Shown: positions 38,275 through 50,868 of the stretch, in pieces
Position numbering within the stretch: position 1 is the stretch's first letter
How the letters are laid out: every line of letters starts with the position of its first letter
Translations under genes and position numbers: made by a program
Notes under the pieces: generated by a model
Databases searched by the model: none
The model's input: the letters and a program-made list of their open reading frames with translations, nothing else
What the model was told of the DNA's origin: nothing
Source of the DNA: Eledone cirrhosa
Lineage: Eukaryota
Reading direction: 5' to 3'
DNA: 64,000 nucleotides
Assembly: GCA_964016885.1 (NCBI GenBank)
Contig: OZ024746.1
Coordinates: forward strand, 93,496,001 to 93,560,000

Positions 38275-38835
38275 AGCACCCAGTCCACACTGTAAGGTGG
38301 TCGTGTAGGAGACACGGTAAAAAGGCTCCCAGTCCACACTGTAAGGTGGTCGTGTAGGAGACATGGTAAAAAGGCTCCCAGTCCACACTGTAAGGTGGTC
38401 GTGTAGGAGACACGGTAAAAAGGCTCCCAGTCCACACTGTAAGGTGGTCGTGTAGGAGACATGGTAAAAAGGCTCCCAGTCCACACTGTAAGGTGGTCGT
38501 GTAGGAGACACGGTAAAAAGGCTCCCAGTCCACACTGTAAGGTGGTCGTGTAGGAGACACGGTAAAAAGGCTCCCAGTCCACACTGTAAGGTGGTCGTGT
38601 AGGAGACACGGTAAAAAGGCTCCCAGTCCACACTGTAAGGTGGTCGTGTAGGAGACACGGTAAAAAGGCTCCCAGTCCACACTGTAAGGTGGTCGTGTAG
38701 GAGACACGGTAAAAAGGCTCCCAGTCCACACTGTAAGGTGGTCGTGTAGGAGACACGGTAAAAAGGCTCCCAGTCCACACTGTAAGGTGGTCGTGTAGGA
38801 GACACGGTAAAAAGGCTCCCAGTCCACACTGTAAA
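38275..38835. repeat. 49-bp minisatellite (~11.5 near-identical copies) in an RTE 3' UTR-like sequence (38150-38985)
   Basis: Unit CAGTCCACACTGTAAGGTGGTCGTGTAGGAGACACGGTAAAAAGGCTCC, followed by GGAAGGGCATCC and a (GAT)n tail. Confidence 0.95.
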
Positions 38836-39084
38836 TGTGGTTGGTGTTAGGAAGGGCATCCAGCCATAGAAAACCGTATGAGCGAGACACGGCCTCCCAA
38901 CCATTCCCGCATCAAATGGAACAAAACCGTCTAACCCATGCTAGTGTGGAAGCTGGACGTTAAACGATGATGGTGATGATGATGATACGTTTATATACAC
39001 CTAAATATTCACTCTTTTACAAATAGTCATACTTCCACACACAAATATATACATGCATACATTATCATACAATCAAACCCCCAT

Positions 39085-39323
39085 ACACACACACACACAC
39101 ACACACTCACACACTCACACACACTCACACACACACTCACACACACTCACAAACACACACACACTCCCACACACACACACACACTCACACACACACACAC
39201 ACACTCACACAAACACACACAAACACACACACACTCCCACACACACACACACTCACACACACACACACACACTCACACAAACACACACAAACACACACAC
39301 TCACACAAACACACACACACACA

Positions 39324-39368
<45 letters not shown>

Positions 39369-39500
39369 TCCAGTGTCATCTATACGTAGTACTGTAAAGA
39401 TATCTCTTAACAGTAAATAACTCTACTTTGGTTACCTTCCAGAAATTTCTTTTTTGTTTTTGTTTAGTCATTTATGTATCCCTTCCATGTTCTCTCTCTC

Positions 39501-39532
<32 letters not shown>

Positions 39533-39950
39533 GCTCTCTCTCTTTCTCTCTCTGCCTCACTCTCTCTCTCTGACTCTCTCTCTGTCTCTGTCTCTCTCTC
39601 TCTCTCTGTTTGTCTCCCCCTTCTCTCTCTTTGTCTCTCTCTGTCTCTCTCTCTCACTCCTTGCCTGTCTCCCCCCTCTCTCTCCTTGTCTCTTTCTCTC
39701 ATTCTCAGTATCTTTCTCTTTCTCTAACTCCTGACCCTCTCTCTCCCGCTCCTCTATCTATCTTCCCCCTTCTCCTCATTCCCCCTCTCCCTCTCCCTCT
39801 CTATCTACACCCCATGTCTTTCTTTTTCTCCCCCTCTCTCTCTTTCTCTTGCTTTCTGTCTCTTTCTCTTTCTCCACCACCCCCCACTCTCTCCGTCTCT
39901 CCCACTCTCTCTCCTTCTCTATCTATCTCACCCTTTCTCTCCCCCCTCTC
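39085..39950. repeat. (CA)n array (39085-39368) and CT-rich polypyrimidine tract (39490-39950)
   Basis: Direct inspection. Confidence 0.9.
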
Positions 39951-40191
39951 TATACCATTCAGCCACTAACACCTCCGTCACACCTTGCACTACATTAAGG
40001 TATATATCTTCCTAAGAAAGCAACAACAACAACAACAACAACAACAACCACAACAACAACCACATTGTGGTTAAGTTGAGCCAACAATGGAGCTATAAAT
40101 GTGGTCACAACACATTGGATGGTCATGGATGGAATATCTTTGGTCATATGTCTAATTGCTGAGGCTTGACATATTTTTTAGGGGTGGTTAA

Positions 40192-40412
40192 CCCTTTAGC
40201 ATTTAAACCGGCCATATCCTGCCAGAATTCTCTCACCTCTTTCTGTTCAGACTGGCCATAACTAGCCGCTCATACTTATGTTAAGGTATTGTTCTCAAAA
40301 TAAATAACATGAAAATCTCGTAGATTCGATATTATTTGAGATAACTATGTAAGATAAAGCCTGTACCACAAAAATACAATAGTAAATATAGAGTAATGTG
40401 AATGCTAAAGGG
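40192..40412. mobile_element. piggyBac-type MITE family 1, complete copy
   Basis: TTAA-CCCTTTAGCATT ... AATGCTAAAGGG-TTAA. Confidence 0.9.
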
Positions 40413-40544
40413 TTAAAGAGTAAAGACCCCCTTTGGTCATGAATGTTCATGGGATTTGTACCTAGAAAGCTTCCTTCTGAGGCACAAGCCTGGGCAAGGT
40501 TGTTTGTGGAAGACCAGTAGTCACCTAGGCATACCAGCTCATTC

Positions 40545-40735
40545 GGTGGATTGGCAGTATCGGGAGAGGGTCAGACGCCATGCTTTGCAAGCAAAGAGTT
40601 ACAGCCCTTTATTGTCTGAGTTCAAATCCCGCCGAGGTTAACTTTGCCTTTCATTCTTATGGGGTCGATAAAATAAAGTACCAGTAATACACTGGGATAA
40701 TTGCTGGTCTTGTGCCAAAAGTAGAAACAATTATT
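40545..40735 (+). mobile_element. SINE family A (partial minus copy at 40987-41088)
   Basis: High identity to other family A copies. Confidence 0.85.
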
Positions 40736-41211
40736 AGTTCAGAGATTTTCTCTGAAGAATTAATTGAAGACCAACCCCAACTAGCTTCATCTGGTCACTA
40801 TCAACTCATTAGGAGAGTCAGAGAGACCATAGTTTATAAATATTTATAATGATTTTACTCATTTGCATATCAGTAAAATTAGTAATGACCATGCAAATTT
40901 AGTCCAGCTGTTCTTCAATTAACTCTAAAGAGAAAGTTCCCTGGTTTAATCTATTTACGCAGTAAGACTAAATGTCAATTATTTTTATTGTTTCTACATT
41001 TGGCACCAGGCCAGCAATTACCCAGTGCATTACTGGTACTTTATTTTATTGACCTCGTAAGGAGAAAGGCAAAGTTAACCTTGGCAGAAATGTCTATTAT
41101 TTTAATGCATGCATGTATATTTATTTTTTAAAATATTGTCAGTACTTTCGTAATTAATATGTATCATAAATGACTTACGTCAGTCATTTAATGCATTTTT
41201 TATAATCATTT

Positions 41212-43206
41212 ATAATTAGAAATGTGTGGGTAGGGTGAGGAGTGGTGGGGTGAGAGTGGGTGGAGAGAAGAGAAGTGGGCTCATAATATGTCATCTAATG
41301 TACCTTTAACCCCTGACTGAGTCCTAGGGAGTGGGCTCATAATATGTCATCTAATGTACCTTTAACCCCTGACTGAGTCCTAGGGAGTGGACTCATAATA
41401 TGTCATCTAATGTACCTTTAACCCCTGACTGAGTCCTAGGGAGGGACTCATAATATGCCATCTAATGTACCTTTAACCCCTGACTGAGTCCTAGGGAGTG
41501 GACTCATAATATGTCATGTAATGTACCTTTAACCCCTGACTGAGTCCTAGGGAGGGGACTCATAATATGCCATCTAATGTACCTTTAACCCCTGACTGAG
41601 TCCTAGGGAGGGGACTCATAATATGCCATCTAATGTACCTTTAACCCCTGACTGAGTCCTAGGGAGGGACTCATAATATGCCATCTAATGTACCTTTAAC
41701 CCCTGACTGAGTCCTAGGGAGTGGACTCATAATATGTCATGTAATGTACCTTTAACCCCTGACTGAGTCCTAGGGAGGGGACTCATAATATGCCATCTAA
41801 TGTACCTTTAACCCCTGACTGAGTCCTAGGGAGTGGACTCATAATATGTCATCTAATGTACCTTTAACCCCTGACTGAGTCCTAGGGAGGGACTCATAAT
41901 ATGCCATCTAATGTACCTTTAACCCCTGACTGAGTCCTAGGGAGTGGACTCATAATATGTCATGTAATGTACCTTTAACCCCTGACTGAGTCCTAGGGAG
42001 TGGACTTATATTATGTCATCTAATGTACCTTTAACCCCTGACTGAGTCCTAGGGAGTGGACTTATATTATGTCATCTAATGTACCATCACTTTTATATTG
42101 TGAATATCTGGTTTAGACTAGTTACATCATATCACTGTTGTTGTAACATGTAAATAAAAGGGTTGGAACAAGTTCGGGCAATCAACAATAAAACATTACC
42201 TCAAATGATTAAGTCTGTTATAGAGCCCACAAGACTAACCTTTTGCCTTAGTATGAGATATGGCCTAAGATACTTGTTGTTCTTGTTGTCTTTTAGGAAA
42301 CAGGATTGAGAATATGAAACTAGTAGTAATAACTTGTGAAGCTTTTAATCCTTTAGTTACCAATCCGGATAAAACTGGCTCTGGTTCTCTGAAATATAAC
42401 CACCCATTTTAACCCTTTAGAATTCACTTTACTCTATATATACTATTGTATTTTGGTAGTAAACACTTTATCTTACATAATTATCTCATATAATATCGAA
42501 TCTATGATGTTATTTATTTTGAGAACAATACCTTAACATCAGTATGAGTGGCCAGTTACAGCCGATTTAAACAGAAAGAGGCGAGACATTTCTGGCCGGA
42601 TATGGCCGGTTTGAATGCTAAAGGGTTAAAGGTTTCCAATTTAAAGTAAAATCTTCCAACATAATTTTATATAAGAACCTTACATTAAGTTACTATCTTA
42701 GTAATGAAATAATTAATAATTTTAGTAAATCCTTCAAAATTCTTCATTAATTGTGATCGATAAATAAAGTATCAGTCAATTCTCACTCCCACACTCTCTC
42801 TCTCTCCTTCTCGTTCTCCCTCTTGCTCTCTCTCCCTCTCTATCTCTTTCTCGATCTCCCTCTTGATGCCCCCCCCCCCTTCTCTCTCTCTCTCATAAAT
42901 TGGCTGTGTTCAGACATCAAAAGGGGTGGTATTGGCCAGGTTTAAATGCCTGGGACATATTCTATATCCTTATGGTGCTCCTAGGACTCAGTCAAGGGTT
43001 AATGGTACATGAGATGGCACATTATGAGCCCACTCCCTAGAACTCAGTCAGGAGACTAGGGTACATGAAATGGCACATTATGAACCTCTCTCACTAGGAC
43101 TCAGTCAGGAGTCTAGGGTACATGAGATGGTTTATTATGAGCCCCTCCCCACACACACACACACATACACATACACACCCCTCCTCACCCACACACTTCT
43201 AATTAT
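41212..43206. mobile_element. Candidate foldback-type element with asymmetric subterminal 56-bp tandem arrays
   Basis: Termini ATAATTAGAAATGTGTGGG / CCCACACACTTCTAATTAT; ~14.5 copies of a 56-bp unit at 41275-42085 and ~3 inverted diverged copies at 42978-43148. Confidence 0.6.
42413..42625. mobile_element. MITE family 1 nested in a TTAA of MITE family 2 (42349-42752)
   Basis: TTAA duplicated at 42409-42412 and 42626-42629; the host copy at 13037-13269 has a single TTAA at the same place. Confidence 0.85.
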
Positions 43207-43287
43207 CTCTTCCCATCATACACCAATGGCCAGTGAAGCCATAAATATTCTTTAAGAAAATGAAATATTTGAAGTTCCTATTAAATA

Positions 43288-43477
43288 AATAATTGTTTCT
43301 ACTTTTGGCACAAGGCCAGCAATTATCCCAGTGTATTACTGGTACTTTATTTTATCGACCCCGTAAGGATGAAAAGTAAATTTAACCTCGGCAGGATTTG
43401 AACTCAGAATGGCAAGGGCCGCAACTCTATGCTGCAAAGCATGGCGTCAGACCCTCTACCGATACTGCCAATCCACC
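43288..43477 (-). mobile_element. SINE family A
   Basis: High identity to other family A copies. Confidence 0.85.
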
Positions 43478-43886
43478 AATAAAAATGGCTGTCGTGTGTG
43501 AATGTTGGGTAAAGTGGGTTGCAGAGAAGGGGTGAGCGAAGGGGCGGGGAGCTATAACAAACTATAACAGTTATCAGAACCACAACACAGTACACATACA
43601 TATATATACACAATAAACTCTATATACATACACTTACATACACTCACAAATTTTATACAGATGGTAAATATTACATATATTATCACACACACACACACCT
43701 ACATATATTATTACATACACATACACATATATACATCAATTTCTTCCATTGATATAAATATGAGAGTTAAGTATGGTGCCAGTAATGCCATGATTTAGGG
43801 CTTCATGTCTGGAAAAAGGGACAGTAATAATATAAGTCATCATAAACATTAGAGTTTATATGGAGGTTTTTCAAAAGATAATGTAT

Positions 43887-44212
43887 GGAGGCATATGGCT
43901 TAGTGATTAGAGCATTGGCCTTGCAATCGAAACGTTGTGAGTTCAATTCTCTGTGTTGTTTCCTTGAGCAAGACACTTTATTTCACATTGCTCCAGTTTA
44001 CTCAGCTGTAGAAATGAGATGATAGGGACTGGGGTCTCTATCATTCCACTGCAAAGTGGTCGTGGAGGTGCCACGGCAAAAAAGCACCCAGCACTCACTG
44101 TAAATGAGGTTGGTGTTAGGAAGGGCATCCAGCTGTAGAAATCAAGCCAGAATCAGTTCCCGTCCCACCCTTGCAAGCAGGGAAAAGCGGACGTAAAATG
44201 ATGATGATGATG
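43887..44212 (+). mobile_element. CORE-type SINE family B, full length, RTE family A tail
   Basis: tRNA head, MIR-like core, GGAAGGGCATCC box, CCCGTCCCACCCTTGCAAGCAGGGAAAAGCGGACGTAAAA(TGA)n. Confidence 0.9.
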
Positions 44213-44439
44213 TTGTCATATACCCCAGTCTATCTGGAGATTTCTGACATCACAAAGTTGCTGTGTCTGAGACATTTGCGTCTGTTGTTAATTTTGCATC
44301 ATGCATTAAAGAATATGCTCCCTTTTCTTCTTTTTTCTTCTTCTTCTTCTTCTTCTTCTTCTTCTTCTTCTTCTTCTTCTTCTTCTTCTTCTTCTTCTTC
44401 TACCACTCATCCTCCTCCTCCATCTTTTTTTTTTATGAG

Positions 44440-44732
44440 TTGTGCGCACAACTCACCAAAACAAGATGGTGTAGGACAGAACAAAGGAGTGACACAAATT
44501 AAAAACCCAGTCACTGAGGAGGTCACAGAATGTGTGACAAAAGAGCTTTGACAATATATAAACAACCATCCATCGAACCAACTAACCAACCAGCCAACCA
44601 GAAATTTATAATAAATTGAAGTGAAAAGCAACAGGTGCGTGTGTTTTTATTGGCAGCATGGCCCTCCCAAAGTACAACAATATCTGTTTCAACACACGTT
44701 TTCAGATAAGAAATCTTGCAAAACAAATTCAA
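44440..44732 (+). mobile_element. Penelope-like pLTR family copy with core-mutated hammerhead (44510-44552)
   Basis: GTCA-CTGAGGA-gGTCACagaatgtGTGAC-AAAA-GAGC-TT-TGAC (GAAA mutated to AAAA); homologous to 15853-16345. Confidence 0.7.
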
Positions 44733-44793
44733 AATACATATATATATAATTCCACCCCACCCGTCCCTTCAATCTATCTTATTTCTCATTCTT

Positions 44794-44829
44794 TCTTCTG
44801 ATGAAGGACTAGCGTCCGAAACGTTAAGA
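44794..44829 (+). ncRNA. Minimal type I hammerhead ribozyme in a pLTR-like fragment (44750-44914)
   Basis: TCTT-CTGATGA-aGGACtagcGTCC-GAAA-CG-TT-AAGA; palindromic AACGTT stem III typical of Penelope-element HHRs. Confidence 0.8.
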
Positions 44830-44926
44830 CCCTCTTCCTGCTATTTTAAGCGTTAACCTAATATGTACCTTCCATATACTGTACCGATTGTGTTGTTATT
44901 TCTGTTTACCTTTTACATACATACAC

Positions 44927-45027
<101 letters not shown>

Positions 45028-45069
45028 CGCGAGTGTGTGTGTGTGCATGTGTGTGTGCATGTGTGTGTA

Positions 45070-45113
<44 letters not shown>

Positions 45114-45168
45114 CACATGCCAGCACAGAAAAATGGAAAATAAATATGTTTATATATATATATACATG

Positions 45169-45240
<72 letters not shown>

Positions 45241-45894
45241 CATGTATATATGAGATAGATACTTATGTAAGTGTATATATACATATATGTGTGAGTATAT
45301 ATAAATATATATGATGATGTTGATGATGATGATGAATTAGATAGGCAGATGTTGATATAAAGAATAGATTGTGTTCTTCAGATATGTCAGAAAATATGTT
45401 CCCATGGCTTCGCTCTTCCCTAAACTGAAATTAAAATCCTCCTCTTTGCTGGGAAAACTTACGAGAAGTTGATAGCAACAAGTGTTCTTGCTGTAATGTC
45501 GAACAGTTTACAGAGTGAATCAAGAGCTCAGATAATTATAATTGTAATCATGGGAATATTAAATATTTGAGGATATTAGATGTATTTCAGTGCCTGATAA
45601 TCATTAGCAAAGACAATTAAATGCCATTTATAGCCATGGGAAAAAAAGATTCTGCAGTGACAATCCACTAGCTATTTTGCTAGATTCGTTAATAGCTATT
45701 CGGTATGACCCATGTTTTGTGTTTGTATTTCTAATTAGCACTATTTAATTACATTTTCACTTGTCATTGATTACTAGTAAACTACTCTTGTTTGAGAATA
45801 ATTCTAACAAAGTCACAAGGGAAAACTTGGAGCTCCTGTTTAGAGATGGCCAGAGATATATATCAACAGACACACACATGTCTAATGTTTAGTT

Positions 45895-46512
45895 TGGTTG
45901 TTGCTGTAGTTGTTGTTGTTGTTGTTGGTGGTGGTGGTGTTGGTAGTGTGGTGGGGGTGTTGTTGGTGGTGTTGTTGGTGGTGGTGTTGTTGGTGGTGGT
46001 GTTGTTGGTGTGGTGCGGATGTTGGTGGTGTTGTTGTTGGTGGTGGTGTTGGTGGGGGTGTTGTTGGTGGTGTTGTTGTTGTTGGTGGTGGTGTTGTTGT
46101 TGGTGTGGTGGGGGTGGTGTTGGTGGTGTTGTTGTTGGTGGTGGTGGTGTTGTTGGTGGTGGTGTTGTTGGTGTGGTGCGGATGTTGGTGGTGTTGTTGT
46201 TGGTGGTGGTGTTGGTGTGGTGGGGGTGTTGTTGTTGGTGGTGGTGGTGTTGTTGGTGTGGTGGGGGGTGTTGTTGGTGGTGTTGTTGTTGTTGGTGGTG
46301 TTGTTGTTGTTGGTGGTGGTGGGGGTGTTGTTGGTGTGGTGGGGGTATTGTTGGTGTGGTGGGGGTGTTGTTGGTGGTGTTGTTGTTGTTGTTGGTGGTG
46401 GTGTTGTTGGTGTGGTGGGGGTGTTGTTGGTGGTGGTGTTGTTGTTGTTGGTGGTGTTGTTGTTGTTGTTGGTGTGGTGGGGGTGTTGTTGGTGTGGTGG
46501 GGGTGTTGTTGG

Positions 46513-46573
<61 letters not shown>

Positions 46574-48530
46574 GGTGTTGGTGTGGTGGTGGTGGTGTTG
46601 GTGTGGTGGGGGTGTTGTTGGTGGTGTTGTTGTTGTTATTGTTGGTGGTGTTGTTGTTGGTGGTGGTGGTGTTGTTGGTGTGGTGGGGGTGGTGTTGTTG
46701 TTGTTGGTGGTGGTGGTGTTGGTGGTAGCGTTGTTGGTGGTGATGTTGTTGTTGTTGGTGGTGGTGTTGTTGGTGTGGTGGGGGTGTTGTTGGTGGTGTT
46801 GTTGTTGGTGGTGTTGTTGTTGGTGGTGGTGGTGTTGTTGGTGTGGTGGGGGTGGTGTTGTTGTTGTTGGTGGTGGTGGTGTTGGTGGTAGCGTTGTTGG
46901 TGGTGATGTTGTTGTTGTTGGTGGTGGTGTTGTTGGTGTGGTGGGGGTGTTGTTGGTGGTGTTGTTGTTGGTGGTGGTGGTGTTGTTGGTGTGGTGGGGG
47001 GTGTTGTTGGTGGTAGCGTTGTTGGTGGTGGTGGTGTTGGTGGTGTTGGTGTGGTGGGGGTGTTGGTGGTGGCATTGGTGGTGGTGATGGTGATGGTGTT
47101 GGTGGTGGTGGTGTTGGTGGTGGCGTTGTTGGTGGTGATGTTGGTGGTGGCGTTGCTGGTGGCGTTGGTGGTGGTGGTGTTGGTGGTGTTGGTGATGGTA
47201 TTGGTGGTGTTGGTGATGGTGATGGTGTTGGTGGTGTTGTGATGGTGGTGGTGGTGTTATTAGTGTTGGTGGTGGTGGTGTTGGAGGTGGTGTTGGTGAT
47301 GTTGGTGGTGGTGGAGGTGTTGTTGATGGTGTTGGTGGTGGTGTGGTGTACATGTTGGTGTTGGTGGTGGTGTTGGTGTTGTTATTAGTGGTGTTGTTTT
47401 TGTTCCTGTTGTTGTTAGTGTTGTTGTTGTTAGTGACGTTGTTGTTAGTGTTGTTGTTAGTATTGTTATTAGTGTTATTGTTAGTGTTGTTGTTAGTGTT
47501 GTTGTTAGTGTTATTGTTAGTGTTGTTATTAGTGTTATTGTTAGTGTTGTTGTTAGTGTTGTTGTTAGTGTTATTGTTAGTGTTATTGTTAGTGTTATTG
47601 TTAGTGTTGTTATTAGTGTTGTTGTTAGTGTTATTGTTAGTGTTGTTGTTAGTGTTGTTGTTAGTATTGATATTAGTGTTATTGTTAGTGTTGTTGTTAG
47701 TGTTGTTGTTAGTATTGTTATTAGTGTTGTTGTTAGTGTTGTTGTTAGTGTTATTGTTAGTTTTGTTATTAGTGTTATTGTTAGTGTTACTGTTATTGTT
47801 AGTGTTGTTGTTAGTGTTATTTTTAGTATTGTTGTTAGTATTGTTATTAGTGTTGTTGTTGTTATTAGTGTTATTGTTAGTGTTGTTATTAGTGTTCCTG
47901 TTGTTGTTGTTGTTGTTATTAGTGTTCCTGTTGTTGTTGTTGTTGTTATTAGTGTTCCTGTTGTTGTTGTTGTTGTTATTAGTGTTCCTGTTGGTCCTGT
48001 TGTTGTTGTTGTTATTAGTGTTCCTGTTGTTGTTGTTGTTGTTATTAGTGTTCCTGTTGTTGTTGTTATTAGTGTTCCTGTTGGTCCTGTTGTTGTTGTT
48101 GTTATTAGTGTTCCTGTTGTTGTTGTTGTTATTAGTGTTCCTGTTGGTCCTGTTGTTGTTGTTGTTATTAGTGTTCCTGTTGTTGTTGTTGTTATTAGTG
48201 TTCCTGTTGGTCCTGTTGTTGTTGTTGTTATTAGTGTTCCTGTTGTTGTTGTTGTTGTTGTTATTAGTGTTCCTGTTGGTCCTGTTGTTGTTGTTGTTAT
48301 TAGTGTTCCTGTTGTTGTTGTTGTTGTTATTAGTGTTCCTGTTGTTGTTGTTGTTGTTATTAGTGTTCCTGTTGTTCCTGTTGTTGTTGTTGTTGTTATT
48401 AGTGTTCCTGTTGGTCCTGTTGTTGTTGTTGTTATTAGTGTTCCTGTTGTTGTTGTTGTTGTTATTAGTGTTCCTGTTGTTGTTGTTGTTGTTATTAGTG
48501 TTCCTGTTGGTCCTGTTGTTGTTGTTGTTA
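45895..48530. repeat. 2.6-kb GT-rich simple repeat with graded unit change
   Basis: GGT/GTT mosaic, then (GTGTTGTTGTTA)n, then (GTT)nATTAGTGTTCCT units. Confidence 0.95.
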
Positions 48531-49049
48531 TAGTCAGACTGTGTGGAATATGACAGATGTGATTGGAACAATTCTATTTAATTAATGACCTGAAGAAGAT
48601 ATAAATGTGTAAATTAATGACTATAATGAATAAATATAGTGTATGTGTGTGTGTGTGTGCATTCATGTGTGTCTTTATATGTATGCGTGTATATGTATGT
48701 GTCTCTTTATATACATATATGTGTGTGTATTTATGTGTGTGTTTATATTTATGTGTCTTTATATGTATGTGTATATTCATTTGTGTCTTTATATGTATGT
48801 GTGTGTGTAGTCGCGTGCATGTTTATATATATGTGTGTACCCGTGTGTGTTTAAATGTGTGTGTGTTTATCTATATGTGTGTGTATTCATGTGTGTTTAT
48901 ATATGTGTATATATTCATGTGTATGTGTTTATATGTATATCTGTCTGTGTATTCATGTGTGTGTTTATATGTATGTATGTATGTATATTTATATGTGTTT
49001 ATATATATGTGTATATATTCATGTGTCTGTTTGTATATATATGTCAATC

Positions 49050-49690
49050 TATCATCATCATCATCATCATCCACGCTAGCATGGGTCTGGACGGGAATTG
49101 TCCCACTTGAGGCAAGATTGGTTGTCTTGCTCAGGACTGTCTGGCAGGTTTTCTACAGCTGGATGCCCTTCCTAACACCAACCACGTTTACAGTGTGGAC
49201 TGGGAGCTTTTTACCGTGTTACCTACACGGCCACATTACAGTGTAGACTGTGTGTTTTTTTGTCGTGACACCTACACAACCTCATTTATTTAGGACTGGA
49301 TGTTGTGGTACCAACATAGCTTTACATCAAAAGGGGTGGTGTAGATGGGGTGGGGGTAGTGGGACGGGCGTGTATTTTGGTAAGAGGTGCCTACTGACTG
49401 TAGGTTTCACTTTGTACTTAGACAAGGCGGGTCTTCTGTATTACTGTGTAGCACCAAAGATCTCGGTCCAGTGACATTGTCTTGGAGAGGTGTAAGTGTG
49501 TGAGGTCGGAATTTGTCAAGTCATCCCAGGTTTTTCTGAGTCTGCCTACTCCGTGGCTACCGTCTATTTTGATCGCCCTGCACTTTTTTATACAGCTGTC
49601 GTCTTTCATGCGTATCACGTGACCATACCAACGTAATCTTCTCTCGAGTAAACAGCATCTGATCCCTCTTATTCGTAATTTCTCACTTAG
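49050..49690 (-). mobile_element. RTE family B 3' coding end plus 3' UTR carrying two ~48-bp units, the GGAAGGGCATCC box and (GAT)n tail
   Basis: LSEKLRIRGIRCCLLERRLRWYGHVIRMKDDSCIKKC...; same module order as 38150-38985. Confidence 0.75.
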
Positions 49691-49741
49691 TATATATATA
49701 TCAATGTATATATATTTCAATGTATATATATATATCAATGT

Positions 49742-50705
49742 ATCATCATCATCATTATCATACGTCCACTTTTCCCTGCTTGCAAGGGTGGGACGGGTCT
49801 TATTCAGCACAGCATCTCTCCACTCGTCACGGTCCTTCGTCATCTCCACCGTGAACTTCAATGATCTGAGGTCTGTTCTCACCACCTCCGCCCATGTTTT
49901 TCATGGTCTACCTCTACCACGTCTTCCTTCAACTGGCATTTCCTGACACTTCTTCACCCATCGGTCATCCTCCATGCGCATCACATGTCCATACCACCTC
50001 AGTCTCCTCTCCCGTACACTACATTCTATCCCTCTCAGACACAGTTTCTCTCTCAACACATTTATGCTTGGTCGTTCATGCACATTGACATTGCACATCC
50101 AACGGAGCATGCTTGCCTCATTTCTCTCCAACTGTCGCATATCCTCTGCAGTTGCTGTCCATGTCTCACTACCATGCAGCATCGTGCTCCTCACACAGGC
50201 ATCATATAACCGGCCTTTCGTACGCAGGGAGAAACCCTTCTTCGTCAGCAGAGGAAGCAGCTCCCTAAACTTCTTCCAACCCATCCTTATTCTAGATACT
50301 ATGGCCTCGGAACACCCTCCTCCCATGCTAATCTGATCTCCTAGGTACCGGAAGCTATCCACCACTTCTATAGCGCCCTCCTGCATTTGAAAAATGTGTC
50401 TATCAATGCGACTTCTACTGTCTAATTTCCCTGTACACCTACTGCATACATATTTCTCCCTACCTGTTAGTTTGCCTGCTATCCCGCTACATCTCTTGTG
50501 TACCCAGGATCTGCATTGTGTGCATTTTATAGAATTTATGCCAGTTCCTTTTCTGCATATCAAACATGGCCATTTCCCTGACGGAATCAGAGTTTTGTCC
50601 TCTTTTCTACTCATCAACACTTTTGTCTTAGCTAGGTTCACTCTCAGTCCTCTTGCTTCCAACTGCTGTTTCCATAGCCAGAATTTATTCTCTAGCTCCT
50701 CTAAA
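49742..50705 (-). pseudogene. RTE family A LINE, 5'-truncated, with PHD-like Cys/His finger following the RT core
   Basis: GLRVNLAKTK...WPCLICRKGTGINSIKCTQCRSWVHKRCSG...YVCSRC...FRYLGD...LHGSETW...RRLRWYGHVMRM; (GAT)n tail. Confidence 0.9.
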
Positions 50706-50868
50706 AATACACAAGATCGTACAACCATTTCAGCCCTTCATATCAGCACCTCTACTGTCCTAGAACCAGTACTGTAACTATTAGCACCACCAACATAATT
50801 AACACTACCTGATCTACAGCTCTGATTACTCCCACCACTACCAGCATTGTATTATTACCACAAATGTT

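Noticed and set aside
45370-45540. Non-repetitive stretch with splice-like signals
   Set aside because: No consistent open frame between acceptor and donor and no recognisable peptide; cannot be supported without RNA data
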